Shown: positions 10,807-23,200 of the stretch, in pieces
How the letters are laid out: every line of letters starts with the position of its first letter
Position numbering within the stretch: position 1 is the stretch's first letter
Origin: Coniocarpon cinnabarinum
Taxonomy: Eukaryota
NCBI GenBank assembly: GCA_051942205.1
Contig: JAVECO010000063.1
Coordinates: 62,001-117,458 of the forward strand
DNA: 55,458 bases
Direction of reading: 5' to 3'
Program-made: the position numbers and the translations under genes
Notes under the pieces: generated by a model
The model's input: the letters and a program-made list of their open reading frames with translations, nothing else
Told to the model about the DNA's origin: nothing
Databases searched by the model: none

Positions 10807-13221
10807 ATGACAGATACTCACGCGGACTTTATCGCTGTGGGAGGCAATCGCCACCCTTCAGCAGCCGACTGGCATGCTTCAGGTGTTCTCGCATACGGTG
10901 CCGACAGCAATATCGCCCTCTGGCGACCCAACGATGCAGCCACACCAGGTGTGCATGCTCTTCTGAAGGGTCACACGGGCACAGTCAATGCCGTAAAATT
11001 TTTACAGACATCTGGCGAAAAAACTCTGCTGCTCAGTGGAGGTACCGATAAGCAAGTCCGAGTATGGCAGCAAGATGAATCGCATATTGCTGGCTGGAGG
11101 GAAGCCATTAAACTTGAAGAGCATGAGACTGCAGTGAATGCGTTTGCAGTGCTGAATGGGTCGCCGTATTTTGCTTCTGCGTCTGCCGATGCACACTTAT
11201 CAGTCTGGCAAATCACGCAAGAAGACTATCAACTGCATGTCATTGCAAAGCAGAGGATTACGCTGAGCCCTGCTTACTTTGCTCTGGCATTAGAGCTGAC
11301 GTGCCTGGAAACATCCGCTTCACTTGTGCTTGCAGTAGCAGGCACGAATCGACAGATTCAGATATATGTGTCGTCGAGTGCGGATGTTGAGTTCAAGCTT
11401 GCAGCTACGCTCACTGGACATGAAGGCTGGATCCGTTCGCTAGCCTTTGCAAAGGAGCGTCACGCTGGAGATTCTGATCTACTACTTGCGTCCGCCAGCC
11501 AAGACAAGTACATTCGTCTGTGGCGCTTGCACGAGGGCGAGCAGCTGCCCGCAGTGAGTCAAGCTAGTAGTGATCCGCTACTAGGAAGCATCAGCAAGAC
11601 GCTTTCCAATAAGCCACATCGCTTGAATGCAGGCGGTGATAAGTACTCAATCACATTTGAAGCTCTACTTGTAGGTCACGAAGACTGGATTTATACGGCT
11701 CGCTGGGACACACGGGATGACCAACTCCGATTGCTCACCGCTTCCGCGGACAGTTCACTCTCGATTTGGGAGCTTGATCCCAGTTCTGAAGTCTGGATCT
11801 GCTCAACCCGGCTGGGTGAGATCAGCGCTCAGAAAGGAGCTACGACCGCAACTGGAAGCTCTGGTGGCTTCTGGATTGGACTTTGGAGTCCTGAAAAGAA
11901 TGCTGTGGTTAGCCTGGGACGCACAGGTGCCTGGCGGCTTTGGCAATACAGCGAGATCGATGATACTTGGAATCAAGAGGTCGCGGGGACGGGTCACACA
12001 AGGGATGTCAAGAGCTTGACATGGTCCCCGGACGGCGTGTACCTACTCACAACAGGCTCGGATCAGACCACGCGGATGTTTGCTGAGTGGCATCGCAATG
12101 AGTTAAGCTCATGGCACGAAGTTTCGAGACCTCAAATTCATGGCTACGATCTTAATTGCATTGACTCACTTGAGAACAATCGCTTCGTTTCTGGTGCAGA
12201 CGAAAAGTTGCTGCGAGTCTTTGATCAGCCGAAAGTAGTTGCAAAAGTGCTATCTGCAGTCACCGGTGTAGAGACGGCTGCTGGAGAAAACTTACCAGAC
12301 ACTGCTCAGATTCCAGTCATGGGCCTCTCGAACAAGGCGACTAATGCAATAGAAGCTGCAGGCGATGACGAAACTGATGGTGGTGTCGAAGAGGACTCCG
12401 CACCTGTCGACGTCGCGCCTGAAACACCGAGGACACCACCTGTTGAAGATCAACTAGGCCGACATCTACTTTGGCCTGAGCATGAAAAACTCTACGGTCA
12501 CGGCTACGAGGTATGCGCAGTCGCAGCAAATGGTGCAGGTACACTCATCGCCACTGCTTGTCGCGCGAGCTCCATTGATCATGCTGTCATACGACTATAC
12601 GAGACTGATGGCTGGCGGGAGATGAAACCGCCGCTTAAGGCACATTCCTTGACTGTGACAAGTCTGGGCTTCTCGCATGACGATCAGTATCTTCTCAGCG
12701 TTGGAAGAGATAGACAATGCTGTATCTGGTCGGCCAAAGACTCCGACAGGATGCAGTTTGAATTATACGCTACCGATCTCAAAGCACACTCACGAATGAT
12801 TCTGGACTGTGCTTGGCTGCCATCGAACAGGGCCTTCGTCACCGCTGGACGGGACAAGAAGGTCCACGTTTGGGGCGTTGAGCACCAGTCAATAAGACGC
12901 CAAGCGGAAGTGTCATTCAAACAACCTGTCACAGCAATCGCCTGTCTGCGAGACAATGTGGATTCCGCAGTGACATGTGCCGCTGGACTAGAGGATGGTT
13001 CCGTGCTATTACTTCATCTAGACGCTACTGACCACCATGTCCAGCAGGACCCGAAAATTCTTCCATCAGCTCTGGCGCCCGCCAAAGCGATTACTTCACT
13101 TGCGTGGCGACCTCGCGCACACTCAAAGGACGTGGATGAAGAGCAACCGTCCAAGATCGCTCAGCTTGCAGTAGCCAGTGAAGACACATCATTTCGTATA
13201 CTGGCAATACCATCGTCATGA
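10807..13221 (+). CDS. ELP2: Elongator complex subunit 2 (WD40 repeats)
   Basis: Intronless, 804 aa. Motifs GGNRHP, LTGHEGWIRSL, ASASQDKYIRLW, FEALLVGHEDW, WHEVSRPQIHGYDL, FVSGADEKLLRVF and LWPEHEKLYGHGYE. Confidence 0.95.
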   Translation: MTDTHADFIAVGGNRHPSAADWHASGVLAYGADSNIALWRPNDAATPGVHALLKGHTGTVNAVKFLQTSGEKTLLLSGGTDKQVRVWQQDESHIAGWREAIKLEEHETAVNAFAVLNGSPYFASASADAHLSVWQITQEDYQLHVIAKQRITLSPAYFALALELTCLETSASLVLAVAGTNRQIQIYVSSSADVEFKLAATLTGHEGWIRSLAFAKERHAGDSDLLLASASQDKYIRLWRLHEGEQLPAVSQASSDPLLGSISKTLSNKPHRLNAGGDKYSITFEALLVGHEDWIYTARWDTRDDQLRLLTASADSSLSIWELDPSSEVWICSTRLGEISAQKGATTATGSSGGFWIGLWSPEKNAVVSLGRTGAWRLWQYSEIDDTWNQEVAGTGHTRDVKSLTWSPDGVYLLTTGSDQTTRMFAEWHRNELSSWHEVSRPQIHGYDLNCIDSLENNRFVSGADEKLLRVFDQPKVVAKVLSAVTGVETAAGENLPDTAQIPVMGLSNKATNAIEAAGDDETDGGVEEDSAPVDVAPETPRTPPVEDQLGRHLLWPEHEKLYGHGYEVCAVAANGAGTLIATACRASSIDHAVIRLYETDGWREMKPPLKAHSLTVTSLGFSHDDQYLLSVGRDRQCCIWSAKDSDRMQFELYATDLKAHSRMILDCAWLPSNRAFVTAGRDKKVHVWGVEHQSIRRQAEVSFKQPVTAIACLRDNVDSAVTCAAGLEDGSVLLLHLDATDHHVQQDPKILPSALAPAKAITSLAWRPRAHSKDVDEEQPSKIAQLAVASEDTSFRILAIPSS

Positions 13222-13679
13222 CAGACATCAAGTAGCAGCCAGGAAAGAAAGCTTGAAACGCTGATGGAGCACTGGACAGGAGATCACGCTATTACCGGCC
13301 GCGGAGCAGGTCAGACGATGAGGCTGAAAAAGGGGTAAACGCCGCTGTGGAGTGCCGAATGCTGGCTGCCGTTATGACGTACCAAGCTACCGACCTAGTC
13401 TGGTCTACCAACCTTACTCCAGAATCAACAGTCGCATGAGAGTCGAAAGCCCATTCGAGTCCACTTTTCACTTGTCGAACATCGTATTCAGCAGTCCAGC
13501 AGCTGAACGTCAGGATTGGTCACGTGCAAGATTCTGTGTCCTCACTCCTGCACCGAGGCATCACTTTAAGGCAGCTTCACCAAACATCACTAGCTTCACA
13601 ACATTGTTTGGGCCTTGCCTACACCAGGGCGCAGTCTTCGCCAAATAAGCTCTTGTCGGAGCCAAAAGAAATCGCCACA

Positions 13680-13928
13680 ATGTCGTCGCGCAATCCCTTC
13701 GTTGCATTTGGCGCCATTGGTGGCGTTGTTGCAGCCCTGGGATTTATGGTCGCGGAAGGCGCAGCCTCCCATCCTATTGGAACACACATCCCAGACAAGA
13801 AGACCGAGCTGCGGACGGAAGGTGCGCAGGCTGAAAGTGTAAGAGCAGGGGAGACGACACCAGAGCAGGCAGTGGAGAAGATCGATTTCCGGACGAAGGG
13901 TGGAGATAAAGGGATCAAAGAGGTATGA
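13680..13928 (+). CDS. Small hypothetical protein (82 aa) with one N-terminal hydrophobic segment
   Basis: ATG in GCCACAATG context. MSSRNPFVAFGAIGGVVAALGFMVA is followed by a charged tail. No family recognised. Confidence 0.55.
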   Translation: MSSRNPFVAFGAIGGVVAALGFMVAEGAASHPIGTHIPDKKTELRTEGAQAESVRAGETTPEQAVEKIDFRTKGGDKGIKEV

Positions 13929-14647
13929 GAATACCGATATTGTGATTTTGGACAGGCAATGAGGAGCCGAACAAGCGGTGGATATGTGCTGTCGGCATCG
14001 CGTTGATGGTCGAGGTTGAGTGCGGTAGTCGTCCGGGAAATCGGAGGATGATGACAGCATGTATGCAAAGATGCTGTGCTTGAAAGCTCACAGGATCTTC
14101 GAACGTGTCCGTCAGCAATAGACGTGAGCTCGTCGAGTGTGGACAGCTATACCAGATGGTAACATCTGACCACTTTAGCTTTCGATGCGCAGTATACGGT
14201 ATATCGAGCAGTTCTTCAGCTCGGCCGCCGACCAATGAAACGCAATGTTAATACTGTGACAGTCGTGAAAGATGCAAGAGGCAATCCGAACATCAGTACT
14301 GCGCAGTATGTCCCCAATAAATCTGTGTCCAAAGACCTTTTTGAATTCCTCAGGTGTCACCTGCCACACTGCTGTCTGTAAAGCTGCTGTGCTGAAGCAC
14401 TGCCGAGCTTCAGCGCAGACCTGCTGTCTGGTTCGTGAACAAATGGTTCGCTGTTGCATTGATGCTTGTTTCCCGCGCCCGTCGCACCTAGTCTGGCTCT
14501 TCAAGCGAGCTCATTCGTCGAATGACCTAGCCACAGCTTGATCAAATTTCCGGATGTTGGATTCATCGTGGGCAGCCAACCGGCTGCTCGTCCCTCGAGA
14601 AATCTTGCTATGTATGTATCCACGGTCTCAACGCAAGTTCTTGCAAG

Positions 14648-15139
14648 CTATCGCAGTCCACGATGGCTTAGTCCACCGACTCGCGTCCCCAAAAGAGCAC
14701 CCCGCTCACTTTCCTTCCCCTTCACCAAATCCAAGAGGGTATCAAAATCCCGCCACCTTTCCTTCTCGCCGCCACCACCAGCCACCTGCAGTCCCTTCAT
14801 CGCTCTCACAATCCCAAACGCCGCATGCTGATCCGGCACGACATCGTCTTCGTCTTCGGGGTTCGGCGGGAGTAAATGCGGCGGCACGAGGATGTCTTCG
14901 TGCGGCAGGGCGCTTGTGAGAAGGGATGTGGCATGTGATGCTGTCACGCCAGGCGTGAGGTTCGTGGTGTAGAGAGCTGTTGGTTGGCCGCTTGTGGGCG
15001 AGAGGAGGGGAGCGGCGGATGAGCATGAGGACGAGGGGTGGTTGTTGTTGTGGATGAGGGTGGAGGTGAAGTCTTCGAAGAGTTGGGCGTGGTGGGAGGC
15101 GTGTAGGTGCAGTTGCGTGCGGGATGAGTCTCGGGACAT
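14648..15139 (-). CDS. APC13: Anaphase-promoting complex subunit Apc13/Swm1
   Basis: MSRDSS...LFEDF...LPHEDILVPPHLLPPNPEDEDDVVPDQHAAFGI...ERWRDF, typical of the filamentous-fungal Apc13p family. Confidence 0.85.
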   Translation of the reverse strand: MSRDSSRTQLHLHASHHAQLFEDFTSTLIHNNNHPSSSCSSAAPLLSPTSGQPTALYTTNLTPGVTASHATSLLTSALPHEDILVPPHLLPPNPEDEDDVVPDQHAAFGIVRAMKGLQVAGGGGEKERWRDFDTLLDLVKGKESERGALLGTRVGGLSHRGLR

Positions 15140-15389
15140 GGCTCTCAGATGGCCACGTCTTGAGATTGTTAGCTTGGTCACGTCTCGAACAAATACGTTG
15201 TTGCGACTTTGTGGAAAGCATAGCGGCATCGATCCCGCCTAATCTGGATTAGCGCAGTGGCGCCAAATACCTTTCTAACTGTATCTAGCCGTGGTGCAAA
15301 CATCTTGCAAAGCGTTGCAAATATGTATACGAACTAAGTGGAAGGCATTATGCTGCTATCAAATGATTTGATGCCCTCAGTCCGTTCTG

Positions 15390-16826
15390 ATGCGGTCTGC
15401 TGCAAGGTTGATGGCCGTGTCAAGTATGGCTTCGTTGAAGCCTCAAAATCCGCTTGTGGTGGTGGTTGGTGCAACAGGAACCGGAAAATCACAAGTACGA
15501 GCAATCACGCGTGTCTGATACTGAACCCTTATTTACCCTCACAGGCAGCTAGCCGTTGACCTTGCCAAACGTTTCAGTGGCGAGATCATCAATGGCGATG
15601 CCATGCAGCTTTATCATGGTCTGCCCATTATCACCAATAAGATAAAGCCGGAGGAGCAACAAGGCATTCCACATCATTTACTTGGGCAGATCTCGCTTCG
15701 CGAGGAGCCATGGACTGTGCAGAAGTTTGTCGCCAATGCTATCAAGACCATTCATGACATCCATGATAGAAACAAGCTGCCAGTGCTTGTAGGTGGCACT
15801 CACTACTACCTGCAGTCGTTGTTGTTCGCAGACTCGCTTGTGAATGATCAAGCACATCGACAATCCAACGTAGAAAGCAACAATGATCCTGACCAGGCCT
15901 GGCCAATCTTAGATGCTTCGACTGAGGCCATGTTTAGCGAACTGGAACGTATCGATCCTGCAATGGCCCGTCGTTGGCATCCAAATGACCGACGGAAAAT
16001 TCGGCGATCTCTTGAGATCTTCCTCCGAACGGGTCAGAGGGCGTCTGACGTGTATGAGCAGCAGCAAAGTCACGTCCCAGGCACCGTCGGTCATGAATCT
16101 GACGAAGACCATGCGCTTGCCCAGTCACAAAGTCTACGTTATCCAACCCTGATACTTTGGACGAATGTTCCGCGCGAGCCTCTTCATTCACGGCTTGATC
16201 GTCGGATTGACCAGATAATAGAAGATGGGCTTTTAAAGGAAGCTCAGTCATTGCACGACACTTATCAAAATTTTATCGATGCAGGCGACGCTTTGAATGA
16301 GACGAAAGGCATCTGGGTCGCCATAGGATACAAGGAGTTTCTGCCGTACTTGAACGCAGTGGCATCCAGGCGTTCGGAAGAACATCAAAATTCCCTCTTC
16401 AATGCCTGCGTGGAGCGCACTAAAGTTGCAACGCGTCAATACAGCAAAAGGCAGGTCCGATGGCTTCGTATCAAGCTGAGCAATGCGCTCCGAAAAGTCG
16501 ACAACTGCTCGATGTTCGTGCTTGATGCAGGCGAACTATCAGCCTGGGCCAGTAACGTTGAACGACCTGCTGCGGAATTGACCGAGTCTTTCCTAAAGGG
16601 GGGCATTCTGCTGGATTCAGATGGAAAGTCAAACCTTGCACTGGACACATGTGAACAAATGTCCGAGCATCAACAAGGACTCGGCCGTGAGCAAATGCAA
16701 ACGAGGACATGTGAGATCTGCGGCGTCACTGCCGGCACTGCTGCACAGTGGCACCAGCATGAGCAGAGCAGAAGGCACAGAAATACTCTCAAAGCGAAAA
16801 CGAAGAAAAGCATTACTCAAGACTGA
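15390..16826 (+). CDS. MOD5: tRNA dimethylallyltransferase (i6A37) with C-terminal zinc finger
   Basis: Exon 1 ends LVVVVGATGTGKSQ; intron 15495-15548; then LAVDLAKRFSGEIINGDAMQLYHGLPIITNK, VGGTHYY, WHPNDRRKIRRSL, IGYKEF, TRQYSKRQVRW and CEIC...WHQHEQSRRH. Confidence 0.95.
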
Positions 16827-19461
16827 TCTTGTCGAGATGAAGTTGGTGCCTGCCACAAGTCTTCTTCATCCCTCAGGGAAGGCGAGAAGTTAATCCAAGC
16901 ATGGAAAAGCCTTCCGGCCCAGTGAGTACAAAAAGGTTGCATGATCGCTCATCTGGCCCAAGTTGGTATATTTCAACTTTGCTTTACCTGCCGATTCATC
17001 CGCCTCAGGGTCAAAGGGATCAAGATTTGGCGACCCTGGTCAAGAAGCGGCCGTTTTTGCATCACCCTACAGGATGGAGGCTAGAGACAGGCCGGTGGAA
17101 TGATCGACTCGGAAATTTTCCATGCGTCACATACATATTGTCTGTGATCGGCCAAGCGATAATCTGTACCCAACTCAGTTTGCAATCCCGTCTGTTGCTT
17201 GTGAAGCACTGCAATGCATGCCACCCGATAATGCCAGAGGTGGAGCCACCCTGCATCGAGAAAAGCGGAGTCTCTGCCGACTGCAACCATGAGATTTCGG
17301 CTAATGGTAAGCAGAGATGAGTGAATGCTTGCTCGATACCCCGTAGCAGCTTCGATGTCCTTGCTCAGGTGCAGTCAGGACATCTTAGAGAGGCTACGGC
17401 GTACCCGTCCCCGCCTTGGGATTTCAAGAGGTGTGGCACGGGTGACCTGATTGCGGCTTGCTCGTCGTCGAAGTACGTGCCCAATTTGCGAGGGACATGA
17501 TCGGAAGGGCAAGGCCTAGCAGGACCAGATCGCTCCGGACAAGCTGTGTGTGTGGCCTTCAGACAGAGCTGTCCGCCATTTTAGCACCCGCCGCCTTCCC
17601 CACAAAAGCAGCGACTAGATCGGCACCGCGTGAGCCGCTGGACTGGTTGCGCTAGCGCCGTGCCAAGCCCGTCCAGCAATCAAAAATCACGCGCATCTGA
17701 AGAATTGACGGGAATTGCTGACCAGTGGCGTATAACGTGGACCACTCGCCGCAAACTTCGAGAACGTCCCCAGCATGTGGAATCAATGCCATTTTGGGCA
17801 TCTCCAATGCTGACCGCGCGCAATGAGTGCCCGTCGCGCAGCAATGGTCGAGACGAGCATGAGCAGCGGCGCGCGCCGATGCGTAGGCCGCTTCTGAAGC
17901 GCCGAGGTGAGAACGCGTGGGGCGGAGCTGCTGCAGGAAGCCCTGCTACGCTCAGGCATTGCGAGCGACCGGTGTATGAGGTGCTGCAGCACCTGGACCT
18001 GTGGCGAAGTTGCCCAAGCTCGGCTTTCGAGGGGGCTGCCAGTCTGGCAGGACTGATCTGCACGTCACGGCGCTGAACGTCGTGCACCAATAGCGATGTC
18101 CCACAGCGCATGATGTTCGGAGGGTGTGGGCGGTGCGTTAGCTTATTTCAGTGAAGCAGCAGTCGGTGCCGTGACTCGTCCCAAGCCCTGCACCCCAACC
18201 ACCAGCCTAATGTGCAAACTCCGACGGGAACTGGACGTGGCCGTTGCTCCCTGCCACGAAGACTGAGAGACGCCGACGAAGCCGCAGATGGTGGGTTCAT
18301 ACGGTACGGACGTACGTAAGAAGCGGGCTCACAATGCCTCGTGACCAAGCTGCAAATGCGAGCACACGTCACCCACGCCGTACCCCTGGCCATGACGGCA
18401 GTCATCAACGTGCGGTGCCTGGCACGCGATTTCGACGATGAGCATGGATGCTGACATCGAGCATTTTTCTCTCTCGATTCCATCCACTTCGACGCCGTCT
18501 GCGCAGGCTGCGTCGTGCGTGGAGCGAAGGGTGCGAGCGATATTACTCGGTACACAGGTACTGGGGAAGCATGCGGCCAGACCAGGTCACCAGCTTTGGC
18601 CTAGCCCGAGCAGAGGACCAACCCGGCACGGCGGGGAGCGGCACTGGTGTGTCATTGGCTCGAGATAGACGCTTATGCCGCGCAATAACCGCTGATCCAA
18701 ACACTGGACCGAGTGGGTGGCGAGAGCTGCGGAATCAACGTGCTACCGCCAGACAGTCACAGCAGAGCCGGTGTTGCTGTTCGTGTGCTTGTGTGCTGCG
18801 CTGAGGAGCGTTCAGTCGGAGCCGTGAGCAGCACGGACGTGGAACAGAGGCCTCTCGCTGGCAATTTGCGGCGGCCCCTGGCAGTGTGCTGTGGTCGGTG
18901 CTAGTCGGCAGTAGCGCCGGCGGACTCGAAGGGATGGAGCTGGGAAGCTGGGAAGCTAGACTCGAAGAGGCCTGGGGTGGGTGGTGGTCCCAGCTCGCGC
19001 CTTACTCGCCCGAAGCTCTCACGGACCTGCAGTCTCTCAGTCTCTCAGTCTCTGCGTCGCTCAGTCGCTCAGCAGCTGGCCGTCACTCCGTCACTCCTGC
19101 TGCTTCGGTCGTCCATCAAACTTCACGCCGTCCATCCCCAGCGCCACCAACGCTGGTTCCTACCGGATCGCTTGCGCTACCTGGCTACCTCCATACCTGC
19201 CCAGCTCCACCTCGACTCCCCCCCAATGCTGATGCTCCGACCTCTCAGACGGTCTCAGGCCCAGGCAGGCAGCACACGGAGCGCGCAAAACGACTCGAGA
19301 CGACGCTGGGTGCTCGAGGCAGACGGTGCCGCCTGGAAAAAGAGATGGCAAGGTCCGGGAAGGGCACAGTGACAGTGAGAGTCAAAACCAGCGTCGAGTT
19401 GCTGCTCATGGGCAGAGTCACGCGCTCGCACTCGCTTCCTCTAGGCGCACTCTGTGTCCTT

Positions 19462-19479
19462 TCTCTCTCTCTCTCTCTC
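19462..19479 (+). repeat. (TC)9 microsatellite in a pyrimidine-rich region upstream of the C2H2 TF
   Basis: Read directly from the sequence. Confidence 0.9.
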
Positions 19480-20247
19480 GCCTGCTCCTCCATAGTCGCT
19501 ATCCACATCCACTACGCCTGCGTGCTGCCCATGTACCTCTTTTTCTTGCTTGCTTCTCTTCCCTCTTTCGCGCCGCTGGCCTTGACTCCCCTTGCCATTG
19601 TCCCCCGCCGTCTCGCTCTTCCTGCGACCCCGACCTGCGCCTCTTTTCCCTCCTTGACTAGCACTTCTGTGCTGCTCCGCGACTATCCTTGAAGCTCATT
19701 CTTCTCGCCACCTTTGCCCTGACGCCGCGGCCATTCGCGCCCTCCTCTCGACGTAGGCCACCTGCGCTCTTGTCCATGGAATAGCACTTTGCTAGCGCCA
19801 ACTCCCCGTGCGCCTCTCTCTGATTTCACCAACCTCACAGCTATTCTTCATCATCGTCATCGTTGCTGTCTGAGACTGTCCCTAGCTTCCAGGATTATTC
19901 TTGCAACGTCATTGGCGAATGCCTCTCGTGCCTTGGTACTGAAAGGCACTGCAGCCCGCAGGCTCTGCAGGAGCAGGGTCGGTGACCAAGGCCATCTTTC
20001 CGAGCGGTGTGCCGGACCTCAAACACGCCCACGACCATTCCGAGCTTGTGAAGACGGGACGCCTTCAACAGCAGATCTCGTCAACACTCTCTCAGCTTGG
20101 GAGCGTCGCGCAGTCTATACCACGGGTCTGCGATTACATGCCCTATTCAGGACTTCATCTGTATTGTCACACGCTTACTCCTGACCATACGATAGCCATT
20201 CATTCACATTGCGAAGACCAACGGCTCTGCATTGCCTTGTGTCTGCA

Positions 20248-23200
20248 ATGACGGAAACACAGTCAATCCTGCAAAGCTCCCCAGCACCTAACGCTGGCTC
20301 ATCTCCCGAGGGTAGCGTCAGCACCGAGGATACGTCCTCTAACAATGGTGGCGCCGGTGGAACTCGTATGTTGCGTGAATTACGTTTAATCGTAATGCAT
20401 TGACGCTGACACGTCCTCACAGCACATCCTCCTCCATCGTCCTCTTCTGACGCGACGCAACAGCCCAATCCCAGCTTCCCGGTGAAGACGGACAAACCCC
20501 GCCCTCATGTCTGCACCACTTGTACCCGTTCTTTTGCACGACTCGAGCATCTCAAGAGGCACGAGAGGTCCCACACGAAGGAGAAACCCTTTGAGTGTCC
20601 AGAGTGCACGAGATGCTTCGCAAGGCGAGACTTACTGCTGCGCCATCAGCAGAAGCTGCACATGACAACAACGCCCTCTTCTCGACCTCGCGGTAATCGA
20701 AGAGAAAGTACAAGCAGCATCTCGGGGAGCGCGAACCGCGTGCGCAAAAACTCGACAAGCAGCATGGGGTCGGCCATTGGGTCACATCCGCGGCCACGCG
20801 CAAACACCATTTCGCACATCGAAGGCGGTAGCCTTGGCATGCTCAGTGCTGCAAATCGGTCAATGGGCAACGTGATGGGCATGGAACCGCCTGCCACTCC
20901 AGCTGGTCCTGGACCGTTTCAACCTCGAGGCATGTCTGCATCTGCGCGCATGCACGGCAACATGCATGCTCTTCCTCGACTGGCGACCCACGGGCACAGC
21001 ATGGACATGGGCGGTGGATTGCGCACAGCCCCTCCTGGCCAGCCCATGGGTGGATTCGGTTTCGAGCAAAACTTCCCATTCCCGCAGGCGGCTGGCAACT
21101 CAACCATCAACCCCGCGCAATTACATATGGGAGACCCATTGGGTATGATGCAGAACCCATTGAACGGGCAGCAGTCCCCTTTCACACCCCAGCCGCCTAT
21201 CATGGAAGACGAAGGGGATATGGAGTGGATGCACGGGTTCAACACTCAGATGTCGTTTGGAGGTTCGAACGATCCGGCCTTCGCTGAGCAGGCCATTGCG
21301 GATTCGCCACATCCAATGCCAGGCAACGGACACATCACTGGATTCGGTGACGTACCTTTTGATCAAACTCATGCACATCCTGGCATGCAATGGCCCCCAG
21401 CACACCCAATGAACGGCGTTCAGAGTGACGCCATGGCGTTCCAGGATGGGCTTGGTTCTGGTTCTGGCTTTGATTCACTGACGCAAACGATCAACCCTGG
21501 ATCATTGCATCCTCAGGTGTTACCGGAGACAATATACGAAAACTCTGCCCTACACTTAAATGGCCAAAGCAACCTCGGCGGGATTCCGAGCCACGTCGGT
21601 CAGCAAAAAGCATGGAGCAGTGACGGCACAGATGGATCGTCTGCGACTGGTAGTCAAGGCAGGCAAAGTTCAGTCACTTCGACTTCTGTCGACTCTATCA
21701 CCGACACGACTCGCAATGCGCTGCTTCTGAGCTTGTCGCAGCCGTCTGGTCTTGGACCCAGGAAGTACTCACAGCCCAGCGTTACGTCGCCACTTTCTGC
21801 TCATGCAGGACCCACGCTACCCTCCACTCACGATTTGCAACGCTTCGTCAGCGCCTACATCCAGTATTTTCACCCCCATTTCCCATTCATACACGTTCCA
21901 ACGTTGTCATTCGACGCGGCGTCCTTCACTCAGACCTTACAGGCGGCTGAAAACGCGTCGAATGAAATCTCATACGGTGGCATCATGGGTGGTGGTGGCT
22001 GTTTAATACTGGGCATGGCAGCAATCGGTGCTTGCTATGAGTTTGAGAGAGAAGCCTTCAAAGAGCTCTTCGACGCCTTGAGAAAAATGATCACTCTTTA
22101 CCTCAATGAGCGCACTCGAGCTGGATCAAATACTTTGAACAGGCAATCCACAGACCTTGGGTCGCAGAGCACACCTCTTTGGTTTGTGCAGGCGATGCTT
22201 TTGAATGTGGTGCTCGGCCATCAATCCGAAGGACAGCTCCCTCAAAACATTGCAAGCAACTCGTGCGTCACATTAGTCGAGCTCACAAAATCCGCTGGTC
22301 TTCTTGAAGCAATCTCGGAGTCTGAGGACGTGAGCATGGGCGAAGCCCCGATTTTCCAGGATCCTTTTAGTAATAACACCGCCATTCAACCGCAATTTGG
22401 TGATGATGCAGGGCACTGGTATCGGTGGATTGATGCTGAAGAGCGCAAGCGAACCCTCTTTGCGATTTTCCACATGTCCAGTTTGCTCGTCGTTGCATGG
22501 AATCATCCTCCCGCGCTGCAGAATTCTGGGATATCTCAGAGCCTGCCCTGCGATGAGCTTTTGTGGAGAGCTCCTACGCCTCAAGCTTGGGCTGCAAGGA
22601 AGCGGGAACTCGGGGGCAGCGATGGCTCGATGCCTTTTCAAGATGCCTTGCGTGAGCTTCTTATGGCGAATGAAAAACAGGACGAGTTCAAGCCTTTGTC
22701 TCATGGCCAGCCTTTTGGATCTGGGGTCGCGAGAGAAGACATTCCACAGAGCAACATGAGACCAAGTACATTTGGCTGCCTCATCTTGATAGATGCGCTG
22801 CACAACTATATTTGGGAGACACGTCAACGCCATTGCGGTCGAGCATGGACTACGCAACAAACAGAGGCAATGCATGCTCACACTGAACCAGCTCTACGCG
22901 CGTGGCAAGCGGCATGGCAATCCACCCCAGAACACCGTATCGAGCGTCCAAACCCATTCGGCCATGGACCGCTCTCTGCAGACAGCATTCCTCTTCTTGA
23001 TCTTGCTTATGTGCGGCTGTTCGTAAACTTGGGAACTTCAAAGGAGGCGATGTGGCAACGAGACTTCCAAGCCATGGCTGAAGAAATTGCACGTGGGTCC
23101 GAGTTCATACAACACGCTGAAAACTCTGGCGAAACATCTACCGATGGTGTCAACACCGCAATTCATTCTCCAGTGTCTGAGTCATTCCCATCCGAGAGCA

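Noticed and set aside
18886..19692. 268-aa ORF upstream of the C2H2 TF
   Set aside because: GTG start, runs through a TC microsatellite and pyrimidine tract, and has no domain. Looks like promoter or 5' UTR.
20138..20251. uORF whose TGA overlaps the TF start (ATGA)
   Set aside because: CTGAC...ATAG at 20181-20195 looks like the 3' end of a 5' UTR intron, so the upstream ATG is probably spliced out. Unresolved without cDNA.
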